Assembly: GCA_047601665.1 (NCBI GenBank)
Contig: JASGIT010000001.1
Coordinates: 96,638 to 160,637 of the forward strand
Length of the DNA: 64,000 nucleotides
From: Acidovorax sp.
GTDB taxonomy: Bacteria; Pseudomonadota; Gammaproteobacteria; Burkholderiales; Burkholderiaceae_C
Direction: 5' to 3'
The translations under genes and the position numbers were made by a program. Each line of letters opens with the position of its first letter. The stretch's first letter is position 1. The notes under the pieces are model-generated. The model saw nothing but the letters and a program-made list of their open reading frames with translations. It did no database searches and was not told where the DNA came from. Of this stretch, positions 22,734-34,030 are shown one piece after another.

Positions 22734-25408
22734 AAAACGGCAGCTCCATCGCCATCCACCGCGCCGACTACACCGCCCCGGCGTTCTGGATCGACACCGT
22801 AGACCTCACGTTCGACCTGGACCCGGCCAAGACCCGCGTGCTCAACAAGATGCGCCTGCGCCGCAACCCCGCCGTGCCCGCGCAGCCGCTGCGGCTGGAC
22901 GGCGAGGACCTGAACCTCGCCCGCGTGCTGGTCAACGGCGGCGGCACCTCGTTCAAGATGGAGGGCGGCCAGCTGGTGCTGGAGAACCTGCCCGAAGGCG
23001 AAGAGCCCTTCGACCTCGAAATCTTCACCACCTGCTGCCCGGCCAAGAACACGCAGCTGATGGGCCTGTACGTGAGCCAGGGTGCCTTCTTCACCCAGTG
23101 CGAGGCCGAAGGCTTCCGCCGCATCACCTACTTCCTCGACCGGCCCGACGTGATGGCGAGCTACACCGTCACTCTGCGCGCCAGCAAGGCCGAGTACCCG
23201 GTGCTGCTCTCCAACGGCAACCTCGTCGAGCACGGCGACCTGGATGAAGGCCGCCACTTCGCCAAATGGGCCGACCCGCACAAGAAGCCCTGCTACCTGT
23301 TCGCACTGGTCGCGGGCAAGCTGGTGGCGCGCGAGCAGCGCATCCGCTCGCGCAGCGGCACCGACCACCTGCTGCAGGTCTACGTGCGCCCCGGCGACCT
23401 CGAAAAAACCGAGCACGCCATGCACTCGCTGATGGCCAGCGTGGCCTGGGACGAGGCGCGCTTCAGCCTGCCGCTGGACCTGGAACGCTTCATGATCGTC
23501 GCCACCAGCGACTTCAACATGGGCGCGATGGAGAACAAGGGCCTCAACATCTTCAACACCAAGTACGTGCTGGCCAGCCCCTCCACCGCCACCGACGTGG
23601 ACTACGCCAACATCGAAAGCGTGGTGGGCCACGAGTACTTCCACAACTGGAGCGGCAACCGCGTCACCTGCCGCGACTGGTTCCAGCTGTCGCTGAAAGA
23701 GGGCCTCACCGTCTTCCGCGACCAGGAATTCAGCCAGGACCTGGCGGGCTCGCCCTCGGCCCGCGCCGTCAAGCGCATCGAGGACGTGCGCGTGTTGCGC
23801 ACCGCGCAGTTCCCCGAAGACGCCGGCCCCATGGCCCACCCCGTGCGGCCCGACAGCTACATCGAGATCAACAATTTCTACACCGTCACCATCTACGAGA
23901 AGGGCGCGGAAGTCGTCCGCATGATGCAGACGCTGGTCGGACGCGACGGTTTCGCCAAGGGCCTGAAGCTCTACTTCGAGCGCCACGACGGCCAGGCCGT
24001 GACCTGCGACGACTTCGCCCAGGCCATTGCCGACGCCAACCCCGACAGCGACCTCGCCCGCCTGCTGCCCCAGTTCAAGCGCTGGTACAGCCAGGCCGGC
24101 ACCCCGCGCGTGCAGGCCGTGGGCCAGTACGACCTTGAGGCGCGCCGCTACACGCTGACCCTCACCCAGACCTGCCCGCCCACCCCGGGCCAGGCGGAAA
24201 AGCACCCCTTCGTCATCCCCATCACGCTCGGCCTGCTGGCCGCCGATGGCAGCGCGATCGACGGCACGGCGCGCACCGTGGTGCTGAGCGACGGGCAGCA
24301 GACCATCACCTTCGACAATGTGGACGCGGCGCCCGTCCCCTCGCTGCTGCGCAACTTCAGCGCCCCCGTGGTGCTGGAGCACGACTACAGCGACGAAGCC
24401 CTGCTCACCCTGCTGGCCCATGACAGCGACGCCTTCAACCGCTGGGAGGCGGGCCAGCGCCTGGCGCTGCGTATTGCTATCAATGCAATAGCTTCCAGCG
24501 CAGACCAGACGGGGGCTACAGGCCAAATAGGCCAAAAAATCCTGCCCGCGGCCTTCGTACAGGCCATGCGCGACGTGCTGCGCCACCCCACGCTGGACGC
24601 CGCGTTCAAAGAACTCGTCCTCACCCTGCCCTCCGAGACCTACATCGCCGAGCAGCTGGACGTGGTGGACCCGCAGCGCATCCACGCCGTGCGCGAAGCC
24701 ATGCGCGAAGAACTGGCCCTGGCGCTGGAACCCGACTGGCAATGGGCCTGGGAGCAGCACCAGTCCCACGGCGGCTACCAGCCCGACCCCGTATCCTCGG
24801 GCCGCCGCGCGCTCGCGGGCCTGGCGCTCGCCATGCTCTGCCTGGCCGCGCGCCATACCGGCGACACCGTCTGGCCCGGCAAGACCTACCAGCGCTTCAA
24901 GGACGCGGGCAACATGACCGACCGCTCCAACGCCCTGAGCGCCCTGGTCGGCAGCGGCCACGCGCTGGCCCAGCCGGCGCTCGCCCGCTTCCACCAATTA
25001 TTCAAGGACGAAGCCCTGGTGCTCGACAAGTGGTTCGCCCTGCAGGCGGGCGCGCCCGACCGCGGCGGCAACGTGCTGCCCGCCGTGCGCGACCTCATGC
25101 GCCACCCCGACTTCAACCTGAAGAACCCCAACCGCGCGCGCAGCGTCATCTTCAGCTACTGCAACGCCAACCCCGGCGCCTTCCACCGCGCCGACGCGGC
25201 GGGCTACGTGTTCTGGAGCGAGCGCGTGCTCGAACTCGACGCCTTCAACCCCCAGGTCGCCGCCCGCCTCGCCCGCGCGCTCGACCGCTGGAAGAAACTG
25301 GCCGAGCCCTACCGCACCGCAGCCCGCGAAGCCATCGCCCGCGTGGCCGCCAAGGCCGATCTCTCCAACGACGTGCGCGAAGTCGTCACGCGCGCCCTTG
25401 CCGACTGA
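22730..25408 (+). CDS. pepN: aminopeptidase N
   Basis: GAMEN motif (FNMGAMENKGLN), zinc site HEYFHNWSGNRVT...LSLKEGLTVF. 892 aa. Confidence 0.95.
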   Translation: MKNGSSIAIHRADYTAPAFWIDTVDLTFDLDPAKTRVLNKMRLRRNPAVPAQPLRLDGEDLNLARVLVNGGGTSFKMEGGQLVLENLPEGEEPFDLEIFTTCCPAKNTQLMGLYVSQGAFFTQCEAEGFRRITYFLDRPDVMASYTVTLRASKAEYPVLLSNGNLVEHGDLDEGRHFAKWADPHKKPCYLFALVAGKLVAREQRIRSRSGTDHLLQVYVRPGDLEKTEHAMHSLMASVAWDEARFSLPLDLERFMIVATSDFNMGAMENKGLNIFNTKYVLASPSTATDVDYANIESVVGHEYFHNWSGNRVTCRDWFQLSLKEGLTVFRDQEFSQDLAGSPSARAVKRIEDVRVLRTAQFPEDAGPMAHPVRPDSYIEINNFYTVTIYEKGAEVVRMMQTLVGRDGFAKGLKLYFERHDGQAVTCDDFAQAIADANPDSDLARLLPQFKRWYSQAGTPRVQAVGQYDLEARRYTLTLTQTCPPTPGQAEKHPFVIPITLGLLAADGSAIDGTARTVVLSDGQQTITFDNVDAAPVPSLLRNFSAPVVLEHDYSDEALLTLLAHDSDAFNRWEAGQRLALRIAINAIASSADQTGATGQIGQKILPAAFVQAMRDVLRHPTLDAAFKELVLTLPSETYIAEQLDVVDPQRIHAVREAMREELALALEPDWQWAWEQHQSHGGYQPDPVSSGRRALAGLALAMLCLAARHTGDTVWPGKTYQRFKDAGNMTDRSNALSALVGSGHALAQPALARFHQLFKDEALVLDKWFALQAGAPDRGGNVLPAVRDLMRHPDFNLKNPNRARSVIFSYCNANPGAFHRADAAGYVFWSERVLELDAFNPQVAARLARALDRWKKLAEPYRTAAREAIARVAAKADLSNDVREVVTRALAD

Positions 25409-25426
25409 AAGAACCAGGAATCGCAC

Positions 25427-26434
25427 ATGGCCAAGACCATCAGCCTCACCCGCTACCTCGTCGAGCAGCAACGCGCCGACGGCCTCATCCCCTCCCAACT
25501 GCGCCTGCTGCTCGAAATCGTCGCGCGCGCCTGCAAGAGCATCAGCCAGTCCGTCAACAAGGGCGCGCTGGGCGGCGTGCTCGGCACGGCGGGCAGCGAA
25601 AACGTGCAAGGCGAGGTGCAGAAAAAGCTCGACATCATCGCCAACGAAGTGCTCATCGAAGCCAACGAATGGGGCGGCCACCTCGCGGCCATGGCCAGCG
25701 AGGAAATGGACAGCATCTACCTCGTGCCCAACCGCTACCCGCAGGGCGAATACCTGCTCATGTTCGACCCGCTCGACGGCTCCAGCAACATCGACGTGAA
25801 CGTGAGCATCGGCACCATCTTCAGCGTGCTGAAAAAACCCGAAGGCCACCCCGGCGTCACCGTGGACGACTTCCTGCAGCCCGGCAGCAAGCAGGTCGCG
25901 GCGGGCTACTGCGTCTACGGCCCGCAGACCACGCTGGTGCTCACCGTGGGCGACGGCGTGGCCATGTTCACGCTCGACCGCGAGCAGGGCAGCTTCGTGC
26001 TCACGCAGGAAAACGTGCGCATCCCCGAAGACACCAAGGAATTCGCCATCAACATGAGCAACATGCGCCACTGGGACGCCCCCGTGAAGCGCTACATCGA
26101 CGAATGCCTGGCCGGCAAGGAAGGCCCGCGCGGCAAGGACTTCAACATGCGCTGGATCGCCAGCATGGTGGCCGACGTGCACCGCATCATGACGCGCGGC
26201 GGCATTTTCATGTACCCCTGGGACAAGCGCGAACCCAACAAGCCCGGCAAGCTGCGCCTGATGTACGAGGCCAACCCCATGAGCTGGCTCGTCGAGCAGG
26301 CGGGCGGCGCGGCCACCAACGGCAAACAGCGCATCCTCGACATCCAGCCCACCCAGCTGCACGAGCGCGTGAGCGTGATCCTGGGCTCGAAGAACGAAGT
26401 GGAGCGAGTGACCAGCTACCATTCCGGTATATAA
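25427..26434 (+). CDS. fbp: class 1 fructose-1,6-bisphosphatase
   Basis: 335 aa. Motifs [41 protein letters not shown]. Confidence 0.95.
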   Translation: MAKTISLTRYLVEQQRADGLIPSQLRLLLEIVARACKSISQSVNKGALGGVLGTAGSENVQGEVQKKLDIIANEVLIEANEWGGHLAAMASEEMDSIYLVPNRYPQGEYLLMFDPLDGSSNIDVNVSIGTIFSVLKKPEGHPGVTVDDFLQPGSKQVAAGYCVYGPQTTLVLTVGDGVAMFTLDREQGSFVLTQENVRIPEDTKEFAINMSNMRHWDAPVKRYIDECLAGKEGPRGKDFNMRWIASMVADVHRIMTRGGIFMYPWDKREPNKPGKLRLMYEANPMSWLVEQAGGAATNGKQRILDIQPTQLHERVSVILGSKNEVERVTSYHSGI

Positions 26435-26445
26435 TTGAAGTCTTA

Positions 26446-26521
26446 GCCGGTGTAGCTCAGTCGGTAGAGCAGCTCATTCGTAATGAGAAGGTCGGGTGTT
26501 CGATTCATCTCTCCGGCACCA
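26446..26521 (+). tRNA. tRNA-Thr (anticodon CGT)
   Basis: 76-nt cloverleaf read by eye: acceptor GCCGGTG, D arm GCTC-AGTCGGTA-GAGC, anticodon loop TT-CGT-AA, T arm GGGTG-TTCGATT-CATCT, encoded CCA. Confidence 0.9.
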
Positions 26522-26534
26522 AGTCAGTAAAGGA

Positions 26535-26572
26535 AACCCCGCTATCTAAAAGATAGCGGGGTTTTTCTTTTT
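26535..26572 (+). terminator. rho-independent terminator after tRNA-Thr
   Basis: Perfect hairpin AACCCCGCTATCT / AGATAGCGGGGTT with a 3-nt loop, followed by TTTTTCTTTTT. Confidence 0.85.
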
Positions 26573-26985
26573 CCTGCCTATGTAGCCACCATGTAGCCGC
26601 GCGCAACGCATAACCTCCGCGCAGGCTGGTCGCGAAAAGCAGGGGCGACTCCCATGCTCGTACCCATCACCCCAGCAGAATTTCATTTGGACATGCGGCC
26701 GATGGAGACATCGATGACCGCCGTTCACAAGTTCCCCCCGCTGGAACTGGAAAATCGCCCCCGTGTCCCGACCAACCAAGCTGCGTTCTGCATGGGGTGT
26801 CGTGTATAGGCAAGGCATAGGGACAAAACCGCATGAGAGCCTGATCGGCTCAGATCTACAGGCACAGCACGCAGATCAAGAATTTACGAAGAATTGATGC
26901 GCGTCCTCTGAGAAGGGAATAGAGACTTTACGGGGGACAGTTCAAGAATCCTGCCATTGCCGATCTGGCTTTCCGGGCAAGATTC

Positions 26986-28686
26986 ATGACCGAGTTCCTT
27001 GTTGTCCTGGCGCTCGCCATCGCGCTGGGCTGGCCCTTGGGCCACTACCTTGCCGCGGTGATGCGCGGCGCACCGATGCGCGGCGATCGCGTCTTCGGTC
27101 TCGTCGAGCGCCCGCTGTATCGGCTGCTCGGCGTCGATCCCGCGCAGGGCATGGGCTGGAAGGCGTATGCCAGCGCGTTCCTGCTCAGCAACCTCGTGCT
27201 GGGCGTCCTGGTCTGGATCATCTTCATGACGCAGGCGTGGCTGCCGCTCAATCCCGACGGCGCGCCGAACATGCGCTGGGATCTGGCGCTGCACACGATG
27301 GTGTCGTTCCTCACCAATACCGACCAGCAGCACTATTCGGGGCAGGCCCAGCTCTCGTACCTGGCGCAGATGACCGGCATCGTTGGCCTGCAGGTCGTCA
27401 CTCCGATGATGGGACTGGCCCTGGTGGCGGCGACACTGCGTGGCCTGTTCGGCGGGCGCAGGCCGCAGCATGAACCGGCCGGCGACGGCCCGGCCGATCT
27501 CGGCAACTACTGGGCCGACGTGATCCGCCCGGCCGTGCGCGTGTTCCTGCCGCTGGGCCTGGTGCTGGCGCTGCTGCTGGCCGGCCAGGGCGTTCCATCG
27601 ACGCTGCAGGGCGGCCCGGTGGCCACACCCATCGACGCAACGGCCGGTATGAAAGAACAGAAGATCCCGCTGGGGCCGGTGGCGGCGATGGTCGCGGTCA
27701 AGCAGCTCGGCACCAACGGCGGGGGCTGGTATGGGCCGAACAGCGCCGTGCCGCTGGAGAACCCGACCCCGCTGTCGAACCTGCTGGAGACGCTGGCCCT
27801 CATCCTGCTGCCGGTCGCGGTGGCCTTCATGGTCGGCGCGTTCACCGGCCGCAAGAAGTTCACCGCGCTGGTGTTCGGCTCGATGCTGGCGATGTCGCTC
27901 GTGTCCACGGGCCTTGCGCTGTGGTCGGAAGGCCATTCCGCCACCGCGGCCGACATCGCGCTGATGGAAGGCAAGGAGGTGCGCTTCGGCGCCGACGCCT
28001 CCGCCCTGTGGGCCGCCCTGACCACGCAGACCAGCAACGGCTCGGTCAATGCCATGCACGATTCGCTGGCGCCGCTGACCGGCTTGGTGACGATGGGCAA
28101 CATGCTGGTCAACGCCATCTGGGGCGGCATCGGCTGCGGTCTGCAGCAGTTCCTCGTCTACCTGCTGCTGTCCGTGTTCCTCGCCGGCCTGATGACCGGG
28201 CGCACGCCGGAGCTGTTCGGCCGCAAGATCGAGGCGCCCGAGGTGAAGCTGCTGGCGGTGCTGGTGCTGTTGCAGCCGCTGGTGCTGCTGGGCATGACCG
28301 CCGTCACGCTGGCCGTGCCGGCCATCACGGGCAACTCCAACCCCGGCTTTCACGGCATCAGCCAGGTGTTCTACGAATACACCTCGGCCTTCGCGAACAA
28401 CGGCTCGGGCTTCGAGGGCCTGGGCGATGCAACCTACTGGTGGAACCTGAGCTGCGCCGCCGTGCTGGCGCTGGGCCGCTACCCGGCGCTGATCCTGCCG
28501 CTGGTCATCGCGGCCATGCTGGCGCACAAGCGCGTCGCACCCGAAGGCCCCGGCACCCTGCACGTCGAAACCCCGACCTTCGCCCTGACCCTGATCGCGG
28601 TCGTCGTGATCCTGACCCTGCTGCAATTCATGCCCGTGCTGGTGCTTGGCCCGGTGGCCGACCATCTGGCGCTGACGGCCCGTTGA
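26986..28686 (+). CDS. kdpA: potassium-transporting ATPase subunit A
   Basis: 566 aa, polytopic, typical KdpA N-terminus [26 protein letters not shown]. First gene of the kdp operon. Confidence 0.93.
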   Translation: MTEFLVVLALAIALGWPLGHYLAAVMRGAPMRGDRVFGLVERPLYRLLGVDPAQGMGWKAYASAFLLSNLVLGVLVWIIFMTQAWLPLNPDGAPNMRWDLALHTMVSFLTNTDQQHYSGQAQLSYLAQMTGIVGLQVVTPMMGLALVAATLRGLFGGRRPQHEPAGDGPADLGNYWADVIRPAVRVFLPLGLVLALLLAGQGVPSTLQGGPVATPIDATAGMKEQKIPLGPVAAMVAVKQLGTNGGGWYGPNSAVPLENPTPLSNLLETLALILLPVAVAFMVGAFTGRKKFTALVFGSMLAMSLVSTGLALWSEGHSATAADIALMEGKEVRFGADASALWAALTTQTSNGSVNAMHDSLAPLTGLVTMGNMLVNAIWGGIGCGLQQFLVYLLLSVFLAGLMTGRTPELFGRKIEAPEVKLLAVLVLLQPLVLLGMTAVTLAVPAITGNSNPGFHGISQVFYEYTSAFANNGSGFEGLGDATYWWNLSCAAVLALGRYPALILPLVIAAMLAHKRVAPEGPGTLHVETPTFALTLIAVVVILTLLQFMPVLVLGPVADHLALTAR

Positions 28687-28697
28687 GGCGACTCACC

Positions 28698-30752
28698 ATG
28701 ACAGAAGCATCCACCTCTTCCACCGCTCGCGGTCATCGCCCGGCGCTGCTCGACCGCGCGGGCTTCAGGGCGGCCCTCCTGGGCGCCTTCACCAAGCTCG
28801 CCCCGCAGCACGCCTTCAGGAACCCGGTCATGGCCGTGGTCTGGCTGGGCACGCTGCTGTGCGCCGCCTTCACCCTGCTGGGCAAGGCCGCGCCCGGCAT
28901 GGGCTGGGGCGTGACGGCGCTGCTGTTCATCACCGTGCTGTTCGCCAACTTCGCCGAAGCCGTGGCCGAAGCGCGCGGCCGTGGCCAGGCCGCCTCCCTG
29001 CGCCATGCACGCAAGGATCTGGTCGCGCGCCGCATCGCCGATGCCGACGACCCCGGCGATGCGCAGAGCGTCGCCGCCACGGAACTGCGGCCGGGCGATC
29101 TGGTGGTGGTGTCCGCCGGCGAACTCGTTCCGGCCGATGGCGAGATCGTGCGCGGCCTGGCCACCATCAACGAGTCGGCCGTCACCGGCGAGTCCGCGCC
29201 GGTGCTGCGCGAGGCCGGCACCGACCGCTCCGGCGTGATCGGCGGCACCAAGGTGCTGTCCGACGAGATCGTGGTGCGCATCACCTCGCAGCCCGGCAAC
29301 AGCTTTCTCGACCGCATGATCGCGCTGGTGGAAGGCGCGAACCGGCAGAAGACGCCCAACGAGATCGCGCTGGGCCTGCTGCTGGCGACCATGACGCTGA
29401 CCTTCCTGATCGTGGTCGTCACGCTGCCGGCCATCGCCGGCTTCGTCGGCGTGCGGCTCGACCCGCTGCTGCTGGTCGCGCTGCTGGTATGCCTGATCCC
29501 GACCACCATCGGCGGCCTGCTGCCGGCCATCGGCATCGCCGGCATGAACCGGGCGCTGACCTCGAACGTGCTGGCCAAGTCCGGCAAGGCGGTGGAAGTG
29601 GCGGGCGACGTGGACGTGCTGCTGCTGGACAAGACCGGCACCATCACCCACGGCGACCGCCAGGCCACGGCCTTCCACGCGCTGGCCGGCATTGATCCGA
29701 ACCAGTTGCACGAGGCGGCCATGCTGGCCTCGCTGGCCGACCCGACCCCGGAAGGCAAGTCCATCGTCAAGCTGGCCCGCCGCCCCGGCGAGTCCATCGA
29801 GGAGCCGGCGGGCGCGCACTTCATCGCCTTCAGCGCGCAGACGCGCATGTCCGGCGTCGATCTGGCCGAAGGCCGCAGCATCCGAAAAGGGGCCATGGAC
29901 GCCATCGTCCGCCACGTCCAGGCCCAGGGCGGCGAAGTCCCGGCCGAACTCAACGCGCGCGTCGAACAGGTGGCGCGCAAGGGCGCCACGCCGCTGGTGG
30001 TGGCGCAGGGGTGCCATGTGCTCGGGGTGGTCGAGCTGTCCGACGTGGTGAAGCACGGCATCAAGGAGAAGTTCGCGCAACTGCGCGCGATGGGCATCAA
30101 GACCGTGATGATCACCGGCGACAACCCGCTGACCGCCGCGGCGATCGCCGCGGAGGCCGGCGTGGACGACTACATCGCCGAGGCCAGGCCGGAAGACAAG
30201 CTCGCGCGCATCCGCCAGGAGCAGGCCGGCGGCCACCTGGTGGCGATGGTCGGCGACGGCACCAACGATGCTCCGGCGCTGGCGCAGGCCGACGTGGGCC
30301 TGGCGATGAATTCCGGCACGCAGGCGGCCAAGGAGGCCGGCAACATGGTCGATCTGGACTCCGACCCGGCCAAGCTGCTGGCGGTGGTGGAAGTCGGCAA
30401 GCAGCAGCTCATCACGCGCGGCGCGCTGACCACGTTCTCGCTGGCCAACGACGTGTCCAAGTACTTCGCCATCCTGCCGGCGATGTTCGCCGGCGCGATT
30501 CCTTCGATGGCGGCACTGAACGTCATGCACCTGTCGAACCCGGCCCACGCCGTGCTGGCCGCGCTGATCTTCAACGCCCTCATCATCCCGCTGCTGATCC
30601 CGCTGGCGCTGCGCGGCGTGCGCTTCCGTCCGGCCGGCGCCACCGCACTGCTGCGCCGGAACATGTTGGTCTATGGCGTGGGCGGCGTGCTGCTGCCCTT
30701 CCCCGCCATCAAACTCATCGACATGCTGCTGGCCGCGACGGCCGGCATCTGA
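28698..30752 (+). CDS. kdpB: potassium-transporting ATPase subunit B (P-type ATPase)
   Basis: ATG 28698. Phosphorylation motif DKTGTIT, plus [10 protein letters not shown] and [18 protein letters not shown]. Confidence 0.95.
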   Translation: MTEASTSSTARGHRPALLDRAGFRAALLGAFTKLAPQHAFRNPVMAVVWLGTLLCAAFTLLGKAAPGMGWGVTALLFITVLFANFAEAVAEARGRGQAASLRHARKDLVARRIADADDPGDAQSVAATELRPGDLVVVSAGELVPADGEIVRGLATINESAVTGESAPVLREAGTDRSGVIGGTKVLSDEIVVRITSQPGNSFLDRMIALVEGANRQKTPNEIALGLLLATMTLTFLIVVVTLPAIAGFVGVRLDPLLLVALLVCLIPTTIGGLLPAIGIAGMNRALTSNVLAKSGKAVEVAGDVDVLLLDKTGTITHGDRQATAFHALAGIDPNQLHEAAMLASLADPTPEGKSIVKLARRPGESIEEPAGAHFIAFSAQTRMSGVDLAEGRSIRKGAMDAIVRHVQAQGGEVPAELNARVEQVARKGATPLVVAQGCHVLGVVELSDVVKHGIKEKFAQLRAMGIKTVMITGDNPLTAAAIAAEAGVDDYIAEARPEDKLARIRQEQAGGHLVAMVGDGTNDAPALAQADVGLAMNSGTQAAKEAGNMVDLDSDPAKLLAVVEVGKQQLITRGALTTFSLANDVSKYFAILPAMFAGAIPSMAALNVMHLSNPAHAVLAALIFNALIIPLLIPLALRGVRFRPAGATALLRRNMLVYGVGGVLLPFPAIKLIDMLLAATAGI

Positions 30753-30762
30753 GGAAACCGCC

Positions 30763-31362
30763 ATGACCACCCCTGTTCTCCCATCGACGCCCTCTGTACT
30801 GCGGGCCAGCGTCGGGCTGGCGCTGGTGTCGTTGCTGCTGTTCGGCCTGGGCTATTCGCTGGTCACCACCGGCATCGGCCGGGCGCTGTTCCCGCAGGCG
30901 GCCACGGGCAGCCTGATCGAACGCGACGGCCGGGTCGTCGGCTCGGCGCTGGCCGCACAGCCTTTTGCCGCCGACCGCTATTTCCAGCCGCGGCCTTCCG
31001 CCGCCGGCTACGACCTCATGGCGCTGTCCGGCAGCAACCAGGCGCGCACCAACCCCGACATGCGCAAGCGCGTGGACGAGGCACGCAAGGCGGTGGCCGC
31101 CCGCGAGGGCGTTGCCCCGGCAGCCGTCCCGAGCGACCTCGTCACCCAATCCGGCAGTGGCATCGACCCGCACATCAGCCCGCAGGCCGCGCGCATCCAG
31201 ATCGCCCGCGTGGCCAGGGCGCGCAATCTATCCCCGGAACGCATCGAGTCAATGCTGGCGCAGCACATCGAAGGCCGGCAACTGGGCCTGTTCGGGCAGC
31301 CGCGGGTCAACGTACTGGAATTGAACCTGGCGCTGGATGCCGCCGCCCCAGGCGTACATTGA
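30763..31362 (+). CDS. kdpC: potassium-transporting ATPase subunit C
   Basis: 199 aa with a single N-terminal TM helix. Motifs SGSNQARTNP, DLVTQSGSGIDPHISP. Confidence 0.92.
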   Translation: MTTPVLPSTPSVLRASVGLALVSLLLFGLGYSLVTTGIGRALFPQAATGSLIERDGRVVGSALAAQPFAADRYFQPRPSAAGYDLMALSGSNQARTNPDMRKRVDEARKAVAAREGVAPAAVPSDLVTQSGSGIDPHISPQAARIQIARVARARNLSPERIESMLAQHIEGRQLGLFGQPRVNVLELNLALDAAAPGVH

Positions 31363-31366
31363 CCGC

Positions 31367-34030
31367 ATGACCGAAGACCGCGACGCGAAAGCCGATGCCC
31401 TGGTCGGCGCGCTGCGCCGCCAGGGCGCCGGGCGCCTGACGCTGTTCCTCGGCGCGGCGCCGGGCGTCGGCAAGACCTACGCCATGCTCTCGCGCGCCCG
31501 CGAATTGCAGCGCCAGGGCATCGACACGGTGGTGGGCATCGTCGAAACCCACGGGCGCAGCGAGACGGCGGCCCTGATCGACGGCCTGGAAGTCGTGCCG
31601 CGCAAGCGCTTCGACTACCAGGGGCACACGCTGGAGGAACTGGACATCGACGCGGTGCTGGCGCGGCGCCCGCGCGTGGCGCTGGTGGACGAGCTGGCGC
31701 ACCGCAACGTGCCGGGCAGCCGCCACGAACGGCGCTGGCAGGACGTGGTGGAACTGCTCGATGCCGGCATCGACGTCTACACCACGGTCAATATCCAGCA
31801 CCTGGAGAGTCTCAACGACATCGTCCACCGCATCACCGGCGTGCGCGTCGGCGAGACGGTGCCTGACGCGGTGTTCGACCGGCTGCGCGACATTCGCCTG
31901 GTGGACCTGCCGCCGCGCGAGCTCATCGAGCGGCTGCACCAGGGCAAGGTCTATGTTCCCGACCAGGCCGAGCGCGCACTGCAATCCTTCTTCTCGCCCG
32001 CCAACCTGGCGGCGCTGCGCGAGCTGGCGATGCAGACCGCGGCCGATCATGTCGAGGACGACCTGCGCGAATCGCAGGCCGCGCGCGGCCTGCCCGGCAT
32101 CGCGCTGCGCCGGCGCGTACTGGTCGCCATCGACGGGCTGGGCGCCTCCGAATACCTGGTGCGCGCCGGCCGCCGCATCGCCGAACGCCGCGACGCGCCG
32201 TGGAGCGTCGTCACCGTGCAGCCCATCGGCAGCGTCGGCCCCGAGCGGCAGGCGGAGCTGGATCGCGCCTTCTCGCTCGCGCGCAGCCTTGGCGCCGACA
32301 CGGACGTCCTGCACGGCAGCCACATCGCGGACGCCCTGCTCGACCATGCCGAACACGATGGCGCCTCCACGATCGTGGTCGGACGCACGCGCGAGCGCCC
32401 GTTCGCGCGCATGGCCAACCGCACGCTGACCCAGCAGTTGCTGCGGCGTGGCGCGCACTATGAACTGGTCATCATCAGCGCCCCGGAAGCCAGGGCACGC
32501 GCGCGCCACCGCGCGGCCGGCCCCGTGCAGTGGCTGGGCAGGCACGATCTGGCGCTGGCGTTCGCCGCCACCGTCGTGTCCACGCTGCTCGCATGGCTTG
32601 CCGAGCACTGGGTGGGCCTGGAAGACCTGTCGATGGTGTTCATCGTCGGCGTGGTGCTGGTGGCGGCGCGCACGCGGATGGCGGCGGCCGTGCTCGCGGC
32701 CATCCTGTGCTTCCTGGCCTACAACTTCTTCTTCATCGAACCCCGGTTCACCATCCTCATTGGTGCACGGCAAGGGGTGACCACCGTCGTCCTGTTCCTC
32801 GTGGCTGCCCTGGTCGCCGGCCGCCTGGCGTCGCAGCTGCGCATGCAGGTGCTGGCGCTGCGGGCGGCCAATGCCCATGCCACCGTCTTGCAGGGGCTCG
32901 GGCGGCAGCTGAGTTCGGCGGCCGATCTGGGGCAGGTGCTCAAGGCCGGCCGCAACGCACTGGAGCGGTCATTGGGCGTGGATGCCTGGCTGCGCGTGGG
33001 CGAGGCCGGCGAGGCATCCAGCGGCTCGGCTTTCGAGGCCATCGACCAGGCGGCGGCCGACTGGACACTCGCGCACGGCCAGCCTGCCGGGCGCCATACG
33101 GACACCCTGGCGGGCGCGCAATGGTGGTTCCTGCCGCTGCGCGACGGCCAGGCCGCCATCGGCGTGATGGGCCTGAGGTTCGGCACTGGCCCCGGGCGCT
33201 TGACGGCGGAGTCGCGCCGCCTGGCCGAAGCGATGGCCGAGGACATCGCCCAGGCCGCGTTGCGCACGCGGCTGGTGTCCGACCTGGAGGGCGCGCGGGT
33301 GGCCAACGAGACCGAGCGCCTGCGCTCGGCGCTGCTCTCCTCGGTATCCCACGACCTGCGCTCGCCGCTGGCGGCGATGGTGGGCTCGGCCAGCAGCCTG
33401 GCCAGCTATGCCAACGCCATGAGCGAGGACGACCGCAGGAGCCTGCTCGACACCATCCTGCTGGAAGGCGACCGGCTGGACCGCTACATCCAGAACCTGC
33501 TGGACATGACCCGGCTGGGGCACGATGGGCTGACGCTGAACCGGGACTGGATCGGGGTGGACGAGCTGGTCGGCTCGGCCGCGGGACGCCTGCGCCGCTA
33601 CCAGCCGGATGTGAGGCTGCAAGTGAACCTGGCTGCCGATCTGCCGGCCATCTGGGTACATCCAGCCCTGGTCGAACAGGCCTTGTTCAATGTGCTGGAG
33701 AACGCCGCCAAGTTCTCTCCACCGGACGAAGCCATCGAAGTCTCCGCCCGTGTCGCGGATGGCCACCTGCAACTGGACGTGCGCGACCGGGGGCCAGGCA
33801 TCCCGGAGCAGGAACGCCGCCGCATCTTCGACATGTTCTACAGCGTCGAGCGCGGCGACCGCGGCCGCCAGGGCACGGGCCTGGGCCTGACCATCGCGCA
33901 AGGCATGGTTGGCGCTCACGGGGGCAGTGTGGAGGCGCTGCCGGGGCCGGATGGGAAGGGCACCCTGATCCGCGTTACGCTTCCATTGCTCGAACCGCCC
34001 CCCTCATCGAAACCATTGGATGCCGACTGA
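31367..34030 (+). CDS. kdpD: sensor histidine kinase KdpD
   Basis: N-terminal KdpD domain with P-loop GAAPGVGKT, Usp domain, 4 TM helices, GAF-like region, H-box SVSHDLRSPLAAM, HATPase (GTGLGLTIAQGMV). Confidence 0.93.
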   Translation: MTEDRDAKADALVGALRRQGAGRLTLFLGAAPGVGKTYAMLSRARELQRQGIDTVVGIVETHGRSETAALIDGLEVVPRKRFDYQGHTLEELDIDAVLARRPRVALVDELAHRNVPGSRHERRWQDVVELLDAGIDVYTTVNIQHLESLNDIVHRITGVRVGETVPDAVFDRLRDIRLVDLPPRELIERLHQGKVYVPDQAERALQSFFSPANLAALRELAMQTAADHVEDDLRESQAARGLPGIALRRRVLVAIDGLGASEYLVRAGRRIAERRDAPWSVVTVQPIGSVGPERQAELDRAFSLARSLGADTDVLHGSHIADALLDHAEHDGASTIVVGRTRERPFARMANRTLTQQLLRRGAHYELVIISAPEARARARHRAAGPVQWLGRHDLALAFAATVVSTLLAWLAEHWVGLEDLSMVFIVGVVLVAARTRMAAAVLAAILCFLAYNFFFIEPRFTILIGARQGVTTVVLFLVAALVAGRLASQLRMQVLALRAANAHATVLQGLGRQLSSAADLGQVLKAGRNALERSLGVDAWLRVGEAGEASSGSAFEAIDQAAADWTLAHGQPAGRHTDTLAGAQWWFLPLRDGQAAIGVMGLRFGTGPGRLTAESRRLAEAMAEDIAQAALRTRLVSDLEGARVANETERLRSALLSSVSHDLRSPLAAMVGSASSLASYANAMSEDDRRSLLDTILLEGDRLDRYIQNLLDMTRLGHDGLTLNRDWIGVDELVGSAAGRLRRYQPDVRLQVNLAADLPAIWVHPALVEQALFNVLENAAKFSPPDEAIEVSARVADGHLQLDVRDRGPGIPEQERRRIFDMFYSVERGDRGRQGTGLGLTIAQGMVGAHGGSVEALPGPDGKGTLIRVTLPLLEPPPSSKPLDAD

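Noticed and set aside
26546-26818. 90-aa minus-strand ORF next to the tRNA.
   Set aside because: It has no SD and no motif, overlaps the terminator hairpin, and has atypical composition. It is more likely non-coding scar sequence.
26881-26985. Searched for a small kdpF gene upstream of kdpA.
   Set aside because: No short hydrophobic ORF with a start codon is present. The only frame ending at the kdpA start (..[10 protein letters not shown]) does not look like KdpF.
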